Of a DNA stretch of 64,000 nt, positions 1-14,900 are shown piece by piece (position 1 is the stretch's first letter; each line of letters opens with the position of its first letter). The notes beneath the pieces were generated by a model, which made no database searches, was not told the origin of the DNA, and worked only from the letters and a program-made list of their open reading frames with translations. The DNA comes from Podarcis vaucheri (Eukaryota): the NCBI GenBank assembly GCA_965113315.1, contig OZ220365.1, one strand, 5' to 3'. A program made the position numbers and the translations under genes.

Positions 1-549
1 CCTAAACTGAAACAGGGATCTCTGAAGTGGCTCTGATATTAAAAAACCTTTTAATTTATTTAATTTATTAAAAAAAACCTCCACAGCAGATCTGTTAAAA
101 AGTGACATTTCTCTCTATGCTAGCCATTGAAGACACACACCAAGGCCTATTTTCTGACTAACAGAGAATGATTTCAGCAGGACTTTCCAATCCCAGAGCT
201 TGGAGAATGGACACCAGCTTGTAGTTGTCTGTTCTGCATCTGTGCTGGTTCTGCTACTAATGCTTGTATGGAAATGCTGGGCATTCAAGTTCTTCTGCCC
301 CTGTGCCACACACCATGTACCCATTCCTGTCAAATCAGCTTTTTCACTTCATTTCTTTAAGTCTTGCTGCTAGCTGAGCAGAACAGAAGCCTGAGGCTGT
401 GAGTCCCCTCCCTTAATCAAAACTCAGTACCTTACACCTAACATTCTGAATTTTTGCAGATTACTTTCCTAGGGGAGCCTCTAGAAAATTGATGCCCACA
501 AAATCAAAGGGAGGGAAATAATTCCCATTTAGCTCTTCCTCTGTCCTCC

Positions 550-1533
550 TGCGAAATCTCTATGTGGGACAAGAAGCTACAGTTAGAACTGGATATGGAA
601 CAACTGATTGGTTCCAAATTGGGAAAGGAGTACGGCAAGGCTGTATATTGTCTCCCTGCTTATTTAACTTATATGCAGAATTCATCATGCGAAAGGCTGG
701 GCTGGATGAATCCCAAGCCGGAATTAAGATTGCCGGAAGAAATATCAACAACCTCAGATATGCAGATGACACAACCTTGATGGCAGAAAGTGAAGAGGAA
801 TTAAAGAACCTTTTAATGAGGGTGAAAGAGGAGAGCGCAAAATATGGTCTGAAGCTCAACATCAAAAAAACGAAGATCATGGCCACTGGTCCCATCACCT
901 CCTGGCAAATAGATGGGGAAGAAATGGAGGCAGTGAGAGATTTTACTTTCTTGGGCTCCATGATCAGTGCAGATGGTGACAGCAGTCACGAAATTAAAAG
1001 ACGCCTGCTCCTTGGGAGAAAGGCGATGGCAAACCTAGACAACATCTTAAAAAGCAGAGACATCACCTTGCCAACAAAGGTCCGTATAGTAAAAGCCATG
1101 GTTTTCCCAGTAGTGATGTATGGAAGTGAGAGCTGGACCATAAAGAAGGCTGATCGCCGAAGAATTGATGCTTTTGAATTATGGTGCTGGAGGAGACTCT
1201 TGAGAGTCCCATGGACTGCAAGAAGATCAAACCTCTCCATTCTGAAGGAAATCAGCCCTGAGTGCTCACTGGAAGGACAGATCGTGAAGCTGAGGCTCCA
1301 ATACTTTGGCCACCTCATGAGAAGAGAGGACTCCCTGGAAAAGACCCTGATGTTGGGAAAGATGGAGGGCACAAGGAGAAGGGGACGACAGAGAATGAGA
1401 TGGTTGGATGGTGTTCTTGAAGCTACTAGCATGAGTTTGACCAAACTGCGGGAGGCAGTGGAGGACAGAAGTGCCTGGCGTGCTCTGGTCCATGGGGTCA
1501 CGAAGAGTCGGACACGACTAAACGACTAAACAA
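550..1533 (+). mobile_element. RTE-BovB LINE, 5'-truncated; intact RT C-terminal ORF (564-1529)
   Basis: 321-aa ORF with GVRQGCILSP and LRYADD reverse-transcriptase motifs and BovB-type C-terminus (WRALVHGVTKSRTRLND); 3' tail GACACGACTAAACGACTAAACAA; 9-bp direct repeat CTGTCCTCC at 541-549 and 1534-1542. Confidence 0.95.
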
Positions 1534-2519
1534 CTGTCCTCCAAAATCAACTTTAAAGGCACTAGCACAAAATCTTCCCAGACTGATTTGTCCATAATGT
1601 GGAAGTTTCTTATCAAGGAGCACTTCTCTCACGCAAGCTATTTTCATATAAAATTGCCCACAAAACAAAAGAGGAGAGTAAGTAGATCCTTTTTAACCAC
1701 CCAAAAACAGTAAAGGACACCCGTGCAGGAAAACCACTACAGCTTTCCTTTTAGAATTTGGCAGGATTCTCAAGAACACCTCAAAGGTGCTAATAAGTCT
1801 GAAATTTCATCCAGTTCTGCAGAAATATTTCTTTTTAAGTTATAGACAGTGCAGGGTGGAGGAGTTGAATAAAATTCAAATGTGAACTGCACATAACCCC
1901 TTGTAGAGAAGGCTGGAGTCATGCTTGCCCAAATTAGAATTCAAATCTAAACCTTAACTGAATCAGACAACTTCTGAAGCATTTTGGACTAAATTGGGCT
2001 GCTCACTGATGTGCTAAATCAGGGCCGAAACCAAACCTTGTGCTCAGTGTACACCCCTAGCAGAAGGAACAGCTATTAAGTTTTTGAAGATCTCTGCAGG
2101 TCTCATTTTTAGCCTTTAGTGCCTATTGACCAGAGAAGGAAAGCCCTGCTGGCAGTGAGATGCTACAGAAGAATATGGCTGCGTCATGTTCAAATAGCTG
2201 GTAGCATCTGGTAAAATGACAATCAGATGTGGTGACTTTACCTCAACATGAACACCCCAAAGCAGGCAGTTGTTCAGGGAACTGGTCCTATGACTAGTGT
2301 ATAACAAGGGCTGCAGATATTACAGCCACTCAATTGCTCTTCAGTAGAGCGATGGCAATAATGATGGATGAACCTGAGGGATTTTTATCTAACTATTTCT
2401 TTCTTAATTCTATAGTTCAGTGATCTTGATAATAGGTCTAATTTACAGTGCTATACAAGCCAACACAAATGGGAACTGCCACTCTGTTCATTCATTCTTA
2501 GGGTAGCCCCATTATTGGA

Positions 2520-2730
2520 AGGCCCATAATTTAGTGGCAGAGCATCTGCTTTGCATCCAGAAGGTCCCAAGTTCAATCCCAGGCCTCTCCTGGCAGGGCT
2601 GGGAAAGATTTCCTGCCTGGCATCCAGGAGAACCACAGCCATTCCTGAGCTAAATGGGCCTATGGTCTGAGACCCCAGGGTATAGGGCGGTATATAAATT
2701 CTAAGCATAAGAAGGCAGCTTTCTATGTTC
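2520..2730 (+). mobile_element. tRNA-derived squamate SINE (Squam3-like), degraded
   Basis: A-box-like TAGTGGCAGAGCA and B-box-like GTTCAATCCC followed by GGGCTGGGAAAG body; similar copies near 14505 and 24160. Confidence 0.6.
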
Positions 2731-3486
2731 CTGTGCCCCATACAAAACAGGACATTTGCAAGTGCCTTCTGATTTTTTTCATATTCTATATAGTAGGGCT
2801 CCCCAGAAACCAGTTGGCTCAGAATGTGTGGGCTCGTTCTGCCATAGCAGTTTGATCCATAGACTAGAACTAAGCTCCTTGGCACATTCCCCTTCTTCCT
2901 TCATCCTTCCATTTTGCTCCTTTTGCATTTATTCTGTAGTTCACAACACACATCCCCTCTTGGTGTCAGCCATTCTCTTTTCTGCTTGCTACAGATTACT
3001 GCTCCAGTACTCCCCCTCACACACCCCTCTGAGACAGACTATCCATGTCATTTGCCAAGTTTCAGCCAACAGCAAAAGAGGAACCCACCAGTGTGAATGC
3101 CTTCCTTGCTACAAGAGGCAAGAAAAGGTTTAAATGCCTTTTCATTCATTAAGCATATTTTCTTGAGCACCAAATGCAGGCAGTTCCTGAATCCAGTCAG
3201 AGGATTCAGAGGAGGCACATGCAGCAGCAGGGTGTTTTCTTTTAAACGCAGCAACAGATTTCATTAAATGCCTTGAAGCAAGGATGCCCGGTGATAGGCA
3301 TTTGCAAAGACAGATGCAGAGATCCTCTCACTTTGTAACTTGACTGTTGCTTCCTTTCGAAATAATGCACTCCCTGATGTGCAGCTGCAGGACAAAGTTG
3401 CACGATAACCTGGCAAGATTAGCTGTTTGTGATTTCTCTTGACTCTATGGCTTTATTTGTCTTCTTCAGCGCAGGCTGACATTCAT

Positions 3487-3546
3487 TCTCTCTCTCTCTC
3501 TCTTTCTCTCTCTCTTCTTTCTTTCTCTCATGCACACACACACACA
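3487..3546. repeat. (TC)n/(CA)n compound microsatellite
   Basis: Directly visible dinucleotide runs. Confidence 0.9.
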
Positions 3547-3702
3547 TATAATGTTGATGGGTAAAATATAGTCAGGCATGTGTTCTCTGATTCTTCTCTA
3601 GACCCTATAAATGTGAAGCAACAATGTCCATAACTATCAAATGACATCAAACTTGCCTTGATCTAAAATGCTAAAAAGTTTTTTACAAATGTGTTTGTGG
3701 TA

Positions 3703-4059
3703 AAAGGTAAAGGGACCCCTGACCATTAGGTCCAGTCGCGGACGACTCTGGGGTTGCACGCACATCTCGCTTTACTGGCCGAGGGATCTGGCGTTTGTCC
3801 GCAGACAGCTTCCGGGTCATGTGGCTAGCATGACTAAGCTGCTACTGGCAAACCAAAGCAGTGCACGGAAATGCCGTTTACCTTGCCACCAGAGTGGTAC
3901 CTGTTTATCTACTTGCACTTCGTGCTTTCGAACTGCTAGGTTGGCAGGAGCAGGGACCGAGCAACGGGAGCTCACTCCATTGTGGGGATTCGAACCACCG
4001 ACTTTTTGATTGGCAAGCCCAAGGCTCAGTGGTTTAAACCACAGCGCCACCCGCGTCCC
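3703..4059 (-). mobile_element. Sauria SINE, full length
   Basis: Minus strand begins GGGACGCGGGTGGCGCTGTGG with tRNA-like box GGTTCGAATCC and ends in an ACCTTT-type tail; flanked by degenerate TSD TGTGTTTGTGGTA (3690-3702) / TGTATTTGTGGTA (4062-4074). Confidence 0.92.
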
Positions 4060-7000
4060 ACTGTATTTGTGGTACCTTACCCAAACTGGATCACTGTTAT
4101 CACCTAAATGGCTACTGCATACTTGCACAAGCTAAAATAAACTGACTGAAACATCTGTGTTGTCAGAATAATGTAAAATTAATGTATAATCCCTACCCCC
4201 TCCCCAGAACCAGAAAAAGCTGCATATTTACCAAGGTAAAAGATACAGTGGTGTCTTTAAAATATCTCTTCTGGGAAGCAAGATCAATTTCCTACAGAGT
4301 GTTTCCACCTGTGGCCATAGGACTATAGCCAGAGCAATGCCTACTCAGAGTGGACTCAGTAAAATTAATTTACATGACTAACTTGTCTGTTGATTTCACC
4401 TGGTCTACTCTGAGTAGAACCTAGTTGGATACAACACATAATCAAAAATTAGTTGCAATATAGCATTATCCTATAATGCATCCATGGTGAAACATTATTT
4501 GTTTATTTCACATCCCTTTCCATCTTTTTTGGGAATTCAAGGCAGCTCCCTTAGAACCCCTAGCGTCCTTAGGTGGCTTTGCATCCCAGCACTAACCAGA
4601 TCCAGATCTCCTGAGCTACACAATGTGCCCTCAGACTACTCAAAAACACAAATTCCATTTGAAATCTCAAGAAAAACTTACTGGATTTTTCCTGAGATAT
4701 CCATATGAATGCTGCACCCCAGTCTAATATTTCCAACACATATTTCTGTGTGGTTATTTTTTCATTGCAGAAAACCCTCAAAATTTGCCCCAGGAGGGGA
4801 TAAGGCCTGTGTGGAATACTGTAGGGGAAAGGATCTGATGAAGCCAGGAAACCAAATAACTAACCTATTTAGAAGATTCATTAATGTATCCCTGTTTGGA
4901 ACTGAGCAACAGCAACTGATCACCAGCTGAAACATATGTGAAGTGGGAAGGTGAGCTCAAAGCGAGTTTAGCATCAGACTATGAGTCAAGCCACACACAC
5001 ACTCACACACCTTATATTGCTATATTAAGGGTATTACTACTAAACTATTAAAAAAATAAAATCTGGCGCTTTTTTTCCTGGTCTGAAACAGGAATAATGC
5101 TCAGACTTTAACATGTCTCATCTCTTGGAAACAAGTAGTTTAAAAAGGAAGCATTCTCTGCTCCCAATATAAGCACTAATCTCCTCCAAAAGTCCAAGGA
5201 TATTTGGTTGCTTAACTGTCTTTCTGGAGATGACTAATCATGGAATGCTTTCAGACATGAGACTTAAATCACCACTGAAGCATCTCTCACGCTGTTTATG
5301 TCAAGTCTGATCATTAAGATTGAGAGCACTTGACTTGCGAGGAAGCATTCTGGCCAATGTAGGCTTTGCATCCACACTGCAAAGCACTGAAACAAGAACT
5401 ACTTAAGACACCTCATGTGTGAAAATGCCGTTCCTATGTACAAAACACTAGTGCAATTTAACAAAAGGAAACTCACATCAGGACCAGATATGGGCCACAT
5501 CAAGTTTAAACTGAACATTTTTCTCTAAAGAATCACAGCGCAGAAGAATGGTACACTCTCTTATCAACAGTTATACAGTTCAGAGTGCCACTAGACGAGG
5601 TGTGAGAGATCTGTGATCAAAATCTCCCACTCTGTTTAAATTTAAAACCACCCGTGGTGCCATCACATCACATCAGAGCTGTGGCATTGTGGAAGTGGGT
5701 GGCTGATCCCTTTTTCAATCTGAATAATCTCCCCCAACTATTATTTGACCCCTGGGGAAACATCAGATACCAGTATTATTCTTGTATGTTTTCCCCTACA
5801 GGACAAACCACATTTGGTATTTGGGGAAAACAGCATGAGGGATTGGAATAACTTGCCTCTGCTAGTACTGTTGCACTGACCCAATTTTCACCCAATGCAA
5901 CTTCTTTTAACTTTTTTCGGGTGATCTAATTGTGATCCAGTTGTGAATGTCATATCTAGTCTAACACAAAGTTGTTCTTAAATCAGCAGTGAGGGTCAAA
6001 TCAATAGTCTTTCATTATCTCCTGTCCAATGGGCAACTCCCATGGCAAAACCATAAAACAATTAAGTACAGTATATCTTTATTGTGAATTGTACAAAATG
6101 GAGAGGTACTTAAATTCTAATAGATCTTTTACTGATGCTTATATAACATATAAACAAGAGAACCCCCAAGACAGCAAACTGAAGAGAGGTGCATCCATTC
6201 TCACTATCCTTGGGGCATTTGCTTTCCTTCTTTTAAAAACAGGATAGTGATTATGATGATGATCTCAACACCTTTTGTAGTTTACAGAAAGAAGCGTCAT
6301 AATCTTGTTGGAATTTTGGAGAGTAGAAAACCCCAAGAATATTGCAAATTCAGTATTATGTCTTCCTTAATTAGGTTTCATTGGGATCCTAGATGGAACT
6401 ATGTAAGTCCCACCAAACTTTCAATTAAACATGCATGGGATCAGGATGCACATCTTACATTGCAAATACGTTGGATGTAAACAAAAATGTCCACAGCAAT
6501 TGTATCTGTAAAACATTTATGATGGTGCACAGTCAGAAGTCAGCATGTTGCAAAGCAGACTTGAGCCCCAAATCCCAAAAATATCATAGTAGAAGGGGAA
6601 GGTTACTTTTAAATTACTTCATGCTAAGGAATATTTTCACTTTAAAAGGGCAGCTTATTGAAAGATTTTGCAAGCAGTATATGCAATTACTAGTGAAAGT
6701 ATCATACCATTCGCCTAGGCTTTATAGCATGCACTGATTTTAAAATACATTTAGCAGAATGATTCATTGACCCCATTTACTTTTGAGGAGGAAATAGCAT
6801 ATGTGATAAATAAAGAATAGTCTTCTCCTTCACCTGCCACAAGATCCAGCTATATCCACAAACAGTGTTGTAATTGAGTGCCAGGAGTATACAACAACTG
6901 GAATGAGTTACAGTTATTTTATTCCTAGGTTGCCACAGAATGAACTCCATGAATACTTATTCCCTTTTCTTAACACATTTCAAAAAAAAACAGGCTGGTT

Positions 7001-8156
7001 CCACATTTTGAATAGCTAACACCACTCTAAGTCAAATCACCTATGACTAACTGAAGGCTGCCTTATTTCATGAGTCAAGTCTATACTTGTAATTTGTTTC
7101 TTTCAGTTATTATTTGATCACAAAAAGTTCATGAAAAATTCTATTTGTTATGACAAAAAGACATTGAAAACCTCAGTATAACAGGAAATTCAAAAGGCAA
7201 TGCTTAAGAAGTCCAAATTTTGCATGTAAAAAGTCAGTTATTATTTAAACAGATATCAAAGTAGAACATTTCCCCTAGTGGACAACTTTAATTATTTTTT
7301 ATCTATTTGTCATGATCTAGCTATAAGTTATTGCTTATATTTTCTAATAACATTTCTCCCCAATTCCTTCACTATAGTTTTAAAGTATAGTAAACTTCTT
7401 CCTTGTAGTCACTAAAAGATAATATTATCTGGCAATTCACAAAGCATCAACACATTATGACTATTAATTCTTTTGGATACTTGCACGCTAAGAGATCTTT
7501 GCCCACATCAGTTCATTTTATGAAATATGTAACAACAATATTTTTGGCTCTCATCCTTGCTGCCCGTCTAGTGTCTAGAGATAGCAGATTTCCTAGGGGT
7601 CAAATGCCCATATTTTATTTTTAAAAACAACCTTGGTGCTCACTAGAGCAAAAATACAATTGACATGAAAGACATCTTTTTCTCTCTCCCTCTCTTCAAG
7701 GCAAGCCTGCAGAACTTGCCTCATCGAAAATCTATAAACTTCATTACTGAGCTGGCACTTTTCTTTGAGAATGATTTGTTCATGCCATTATTAACTTTGC
7801 CTGTAGATTTCCACATCTGCTACCTACTTAATTAGATATGAAAGACTGCTTGAAATTGGAATTATTCAGTCTCTGTGAGGAAGAGGTAAAAAGGTTGGTT
7901 TAAGTACAAAGTAACACTACACATATCAAGTATGTGTGAGTGTGGGTGTGCATGTTTCCTCTTCTAGATGTTCAACTTCTATCTCAAGAGCATGGATTCA
8001 GAAGAGCTGTTAGCTAACAGTTTCACTCTGTCATGCTTAAATATTTAGTCTTTGGGGAGTTAGCTGTCCATGATTCAGGAGAAAAGTTGATTGCTAATAA
8101 AAGACCAATAGAGGCTTGTCCCACTGATGGGAAGATGAATATTCCCCAAAAAGCTT

Positions 8157-8206
8157 TACTACTACTACTACTACTACTACTAATAATAATAATAATAATA
8201 ATAATA
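8157..8206. repeat. (TAC)n(TAA)n microsatellite
   Basis: Directly visible trinucleotide runs. Confidence 0.95.
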
Positions 8207-8637
8207 CAAATACACCCTAAGCAATGTATAGGTACAGTACAGCTCTCTTATCTTTTCTAAAATCATGGATAATTAATGGTCTGAGAGCTAAAATTAATGA
8301 GATGAGAGCCAAAATGTATCTATTATATATGCTTGTTTAGCAAAGCTCATTATACTATAGGAAAGTTCTGTGGGGAGCTGTCTATGGTTGTAAGAGAAAG
8401 TCTAGTTCAAAGCAAAAGGAAAGAAGATACCATAAGTAATGTACACATCTAACAGAGTTAAATGGTTTCGACTTGAACCTTGAAGTAGGATCAAGACCCT
8501 CTTCTATTCTGATATGAAGTCACTCCTTCATAGCAGCAGTTTCTCAGAATTGGAATAATGTTGCCAATCCTTTAGGGTTAAAGTTGGATTGAAACTACAA
8601 AGTGATTTATACCTGAAATGCTCTACAAGAGCAATTA

Positions 8638-9564
<927 letters not shown>

Positions 9565-9817
9565 CTGTTGACATAGGAAAAAAGAACAGAACACATTGAC
9601 CAACTGAAAATATGTCAAAGCAGAGCTCAGTAAAGGTCATTTTCTTCATGAACATCTCTCCCCACCTGCCTGGAATATTAGCAGACACCAGATCAAATGG
9701 ATCCAAATAGCAGGTTGTCTTTCGATTTCAGATCTCAAGGAGAGAAAGCAGGGAGAGAGTAACAAGGCACAGTTATACTACTGAGACCAACACTGTGTAG
9801 GTGTGAGTGTGGGTGTC

Positions 9818-9859
<42 letters not shown>
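9818..9859. repeat. (GC)5(AC)15 alternating purine-pyrimidine tract
   Basis: Directly visible. Confidence 0.95.
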
Positions 9860-9861
<2 letters not shown>

Positions 9862-10379
9862 AAAGTAGTGATGCCTTGTTGCATGCATGCATATGTAATA
9901 TACGAAGAATCTTGCATTTATAAACAGAGTGCAGTGTGTGACTTGATATATTCATTTATACCTAACCACCTCCATGTGCAGAAATTGGTATCCCTTATCT
10001 ACTAAGGCAAAATGCTGTTACCTGCATTCTGACACATAAAGCAAAGAAAAGCCTTTACAAGTTTGAGAACTTCCTTATGTCTTTAATTAGATTTAAAAAA
10101 AACAAAAACCCTTCATTATTAAGTCAAGAACAAGAAAACTATGCTAGTTTAAACATCTTGAGAAAGACGGGGTGTGTGCGCTTCTGTGTAGAATCTTCAG
10201 AAAAGAAAATGTCATTTAAAGGTCAAGACAGAATTCTTAAAAACCCTTACAAGATACAGCCTTTCCCAGCTAGATTAATCTTTGGGTTTTGAAAGGGGGA
10301 AAGCTGTAGTTGGACAAAAGAGACAACTATGCAAGCTGTGGGAAATACATATTAGTTACTAAGGCAACCGCAGGCAAAG

Positions 10380-11500
10380 TCCTGATGTGCTTTTCTGGCA
10401 CCGCTTGCTTTTCATGCAGACTTTGGGCAGGAGAGGTGACAAGCCAGGCGGCTAGAGTTTAAGTAGTTTAATGCGATTTAAAAGGCGATCGGCCGCTCGT
10501 TGGAGATAATTGCTGATTGGAAAGTCGGGTATGCTTCGCTTCGCTCGGCTGCCTTGGCTCCCTGTTGCACGGGCAGGGATTGCTATGGATTTCAGCACCC
10601 TGGACAACGTCCACGGCAACCCGATCCCTAGCGAGTTCCTCCGTTCGGTGCAACAGAATCTGCAGCCCATGCCGCGCTCTTTGCCCCAATAACTTCTTGC
10701 ACCCGTTGCTTTGGTCTTTTGCACCCACCGACCCACCCACACACTACTATCCAGTCCCCGAAAACACATAGTAGAAATACATACAGAGAATTCCAGTTGC
10801 AGCAGCCTCTTCTCCCCACCCTCTCTCTGAAAGGCTTTTAATGGAATGAAGCGCTGCTGGTGGGTTTCTATGAAGCAAGCCAGATTTCTAGTTGCCACCT
10901 CCCCCCACCCACCTTCCTTCGGTCTTTCTCCCCATTATCTCTGAAGGACAGGAAAGGGGAGAAAGGCGAGAGATGAAAGCGGGCAGAAGGACCGTACTGT
11001 GTGAAGCAAGTGCCGATTCTCCCTGCGCACGCACAAACACACACATCTACGGAATCCAGAGAAACTGGTCACAGGAAGCCGAATCCGTTTGAAATCTAAT
11101 GGAGAAGGAAGGTCTTTTTGTCTGGCTCTCTTGCCTGCAACGTTATGGTTCGCGCCGGTCCCTTTTGGAGGATGAAACTCAAGACCTACCTGAATCCGAA
11201 TCGGTGAGACTGGTCGTTCCTTTCCGTGTCCGAGGCGTTCATTGCCAGTTCTCCTGTTCACATTTCCCTTTGCCACAGTCTGGTACAGGCGAATCGAAGG
11301 AGATGGGCTGTACGCGACTGCCCTCTTTCTTCAACGCTGTTTTACCGCATGAAGGAGGGAAAGGGGAGGGGTGTGTGGAAACAGGTCATTCCAGGCTCAT
11401 CTATTATCTCATGCATAAAGATCAGTCATTCTTTCCCCTTCTTCAACCAGCTCTCGGCCCCCCTCCCTTTCCATATATATGCATATATATGTTGGTTTGG
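10380..11500 (-). promoter_or_regulatory. GRM1: Putative GRM1 promoter / non-coding first-exon region
   Basis: CpG-enriched relative to flanks, 1-2 kb upstream of the coding exon, contains an RE1 site; exact TSS not resolvable. Confidence 0.55.
10591..10611 (+). promoter_or_regulatory. RE1/NRSE (REST-binding silencer)
   Basis: TTCAGCACCCTGGACAACGTC vs consensus TTCAGCACCNNGGACAGCGCC; canonical 2-nt spacer, 2 mismatches in the right half. Confidence 0.85.
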
Positions 11501-14289
11501 ACTGTATTTCAATGCCTTAAATTCGTTACTTCCCAGTCACACAAGCAAGTATAAGAAACAGGAGAGAGGCTGGTTTCAGAGGTATAGACAGACATGCACA
11601 TTTGCATCCTGCTGCGAAGATTTCTAACACTGCATTTGAAGATTTAATTCTCCAATTACTATTGCATTAAAACCCTGCCAGAACAAAGCAAAATCCCATG
11701 AATTGTCTAGAATGGAAATTTTTTCCAGCTGAATCTAAAGCTTGCATGCTAAGAGGCATGTAAGATTAAAATAATACCAGGCTGAAAAAGGCAATTGACC
11801 CGCTTGCTACACAGACTGAATTAAAGGACTCTAGTGTTTTAGTTTATTATATGAAAGTTAAAGTTAGAATAAGACCCCACTGGGAATGCTAGACGCTTTC
11901 AGGGCTGATAGTTGCCCTACTTCTGAAAAGGCAAAGACACCTTGTGCAAAGAGACGACTGCAAGAATCCAAGGACCATTTTTTGTGGGCTTATTTACCAT
12001 GGTTTTCTACCTGTATTATCTCTGTTACCTTTACACAGTTCATTTATGTGTTGCATTGTGTTTACATTAGTTCCAGTATTATTTTTTAAAAAACAAAACC
12101 TGTGGACATGTGAGCTTTACGATATGTTTTCGGTAAAAAAGGATAATCTTCCTTCTGCCTGAAGGACACCCAAGGTAATGTGCATCCCATAGAAACCAAC
12201 TCAACAATTAAAACAATGGGATTTAAAGTAACTGATGAAAGATCATGGCTAAAATAGCTGCATAACCATTTGCAATGCAAGGAAATGTGTTTTTAAAATC
12301 CATTCTAAGTCTAAATCTCATCACTGAAGTGGCCTGACATCTCTTACTGAGAATCAGACTCCAAAGCTGTAATGCCACCTGGGGGAGCCTTCTTGCCTCA
12401 AGCCCCACAGTGTCATTTCAGGAAGGAAGCCTAGTGTAAGGTCTCACCAGCTTATTTCAAAGAACAGGGTTCGTATGTGAGAAGACATTCCCAGAGGTAA
12501 GGTCAAATTCATTGATGAAATCAAGAGAGACCATGAAGCTACAACAGGGGACAGTGAATCAATCTTTTGCAGAACCAACACATGAATGGCGGCTTATGAG
12601 TTAATTGTTTCCCACATAATGGGATTAAGATGTATCTGGCTAGAGTTTCAGACTGGTTTGTGCTTTATCTTTGGAAACTTATTTTAAGAGAGGGAAATTC
12701 TCCCCTGAGGAAAAAGTGAGAGTTGCTTAATAAAAGCAATGAAGAAATCCAGGATTTTAGAACACATGTGATTGGACAGCTATGCTCCCCTCTCAAACAA
12801 ATGTTAGCAGCAAAGGCGAGAATTTCTATCTTTGACTATGAAGTCAAACATCTCTAGCCAATGAGGTGGAAATAATCTAGTATTTTTAATCTCTTTTTGA
12901 AATTTGTTGTTGTTGTTGTTGTCATACAGTACCTGTGTTGTTTTAAAATACATATATTGCAGGTAGGTCAATTACACACATACATCTTATGCTTTTGACC
13001 TCAGCATTCCATAGGTTCTGGAAGTTCTCAGCTCATAGAAGCTCACACCTACACATCTATAGACATATGGAGTCACCTGAGTAGGTAAAAGTCATACCAT
13101 AGCAACATACTTCTGAGTGGCCTTATTTGACTTCTAAACTGACAGGCATGCAACAACCCAATTTTAATATCCAGTGAAGGATGCTTTCTAGAACATCCAT
13201 GATTTGCAGAACAACAAAAGCACCTTTAATACTTGAGGGGATAAGCTTCTGCTCCTTAGGAGGATGGCTCAGGAGCCATAGGATGCTGCTAACATACCCC
13301 ATTTCACCAACTTGGACAAGATACCCATTTGATCTACACAGCTTCAATTCTGAGTCCTGTCTCATCCCTCCACTCCCTGGTAAAAGTGGGATCACCTCCC
13401 TCACACACAGCTTGATAGCACTCCAAGACCACGACGTAGTTTTTACAGAGCCAAATATGGATAGTTGTTTCCCATCTTCACAATAGACTGAACCATTTTG
13501 CTGAGACTGAGAGGCAGAACTGCCAGATCAACTATTACCTAGAAACAATCTGGTGTTTCTGGGATATGGCCAATCTGCATTACTAACTCAGTTCCAAAGG
13601 ATATATCTGTGAACGTATAGAAGTATTATAATAAACTGCAGTATGCCTAGAGCATGTAGACTCCTGGAAGTCCAGCAAAACTCATGAGAATGAGCAACAG
13701 GTTTAAGATTATAATGGGAATCTCTAGCATGATTTGGGGAGATAGGAATATCCTTAAGGCAAAACAAGTAATAGTTATTTTGCTTCCTCCAAAAAGATTA
13801 TTGATAAATAGAAGTTTTAAAACACTTCTCCGCAGCAATACAGGAAGGCTGAATGACCTCACATATTATCTTCAACTGAAATATAAATTCCATGATGTTA
13901 TTTCATTAGCATTATGAATTCCATATACCCTTTTTAAAGTAAGCAAATCACACAGACTTCCCCAGAGATTCAGCCAATAGGGAGTTTTCATCTCATGGTG
14001 GTTTCAAGCATCTTCAAATGTGAAATATATCTTAATGCATAATCCGGCACCTTGAGACACATTGTGTGTTTTCAATGCTCTTCAGGGGCTTTAGTCTCTC
14101 TCAAGCAATGCATAGTTTATGTTCATCCAGATGTACTACCTCGTGAATTGCCTGCATTTGTCACAGTATTTTATCCATCCCTGTATCTATATGCCAGCCC
14201 CTGAGTGTGAAGGACTAGATGTGGTAGAGGTTCAATCCAGATTAAACAGAAATTGTTGATGATTCGTGTTTGAGTTTGCAGTCTGTCTT

Positions 14290-14900
14290 GGATAGAGTTG
14301 AGATTCCTGTGAAAGATCAGGTACTTAGCTTGGGAGCATTCCTTGATGCATTGCTGTTGGATAGGCAGGTAGCATTGGTTGCGAAGAGTGCCTTGTCCCA
14401 TCTTTGGCTAGTTTGCCAACTAAGAACTTTGCTTGCCACAGTCATTCATGCACTAGTGAAAGGGAAGCCAATGTGGTACCTTCTAGGTGTATGCAGAAGG
14501 GTCATAGCTCTGTAGTAGAGCATCTGCTAGGCACACAGGTCCCACCTTGAATTTCCAGAATGTTAAGGTAGGCCTGGAAAGATCTCACCCTGAAACTCTG
14601 GAGAGCTGCCACTAGTTAGTGTAAAAAAAAATACTGGGCCAGTTTGACTGTTAATCTGACTTGGTTTGAGGCAGATTATTATGTTCTGTTGTTGGACTCC
14701 AACTCCCATCAGCCACTGGCAGCATGGTCAATAGTCAGGGATGATGGGAGTTGGAGTCCAACGACATCCAGAGGGCACTATATTGGTACTGATGTAGTCT
14801 CATCCTCTACACTGGATTACTGTGTGGGGCTACCCTTGAAAAGTGTTCAGAAACTGCATTTGGGACAAAATGCTGCAGCCAGGTTGCTGACAGGTGCTAG
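14290..14900 (+). mobile_element. Degraded L2 LINE fragment interrupted by a tRNA SINE and a hAT MITE remnant
   Basis: Residual L2 ORF2 peptides (ATVIHALV...[27 protein letters not shown]); SINE head TCATAGCTCTGTAGTAGAGCA near 14502; GGACTCCAACTCCCATC hairpin near 14694-14760. Confidence 0.65.

Noticed and set aside
560-1501. Antisense ORFs of 133 aa and 171 aa
   Set aside because: Shadow ORFs on the opposite strand of the BovB RT ORF.
10452-11627. Cluster of 60-150 aa ORFs
   Set aside because: No recognisable protein; expected in GC-richer promoter DNA.
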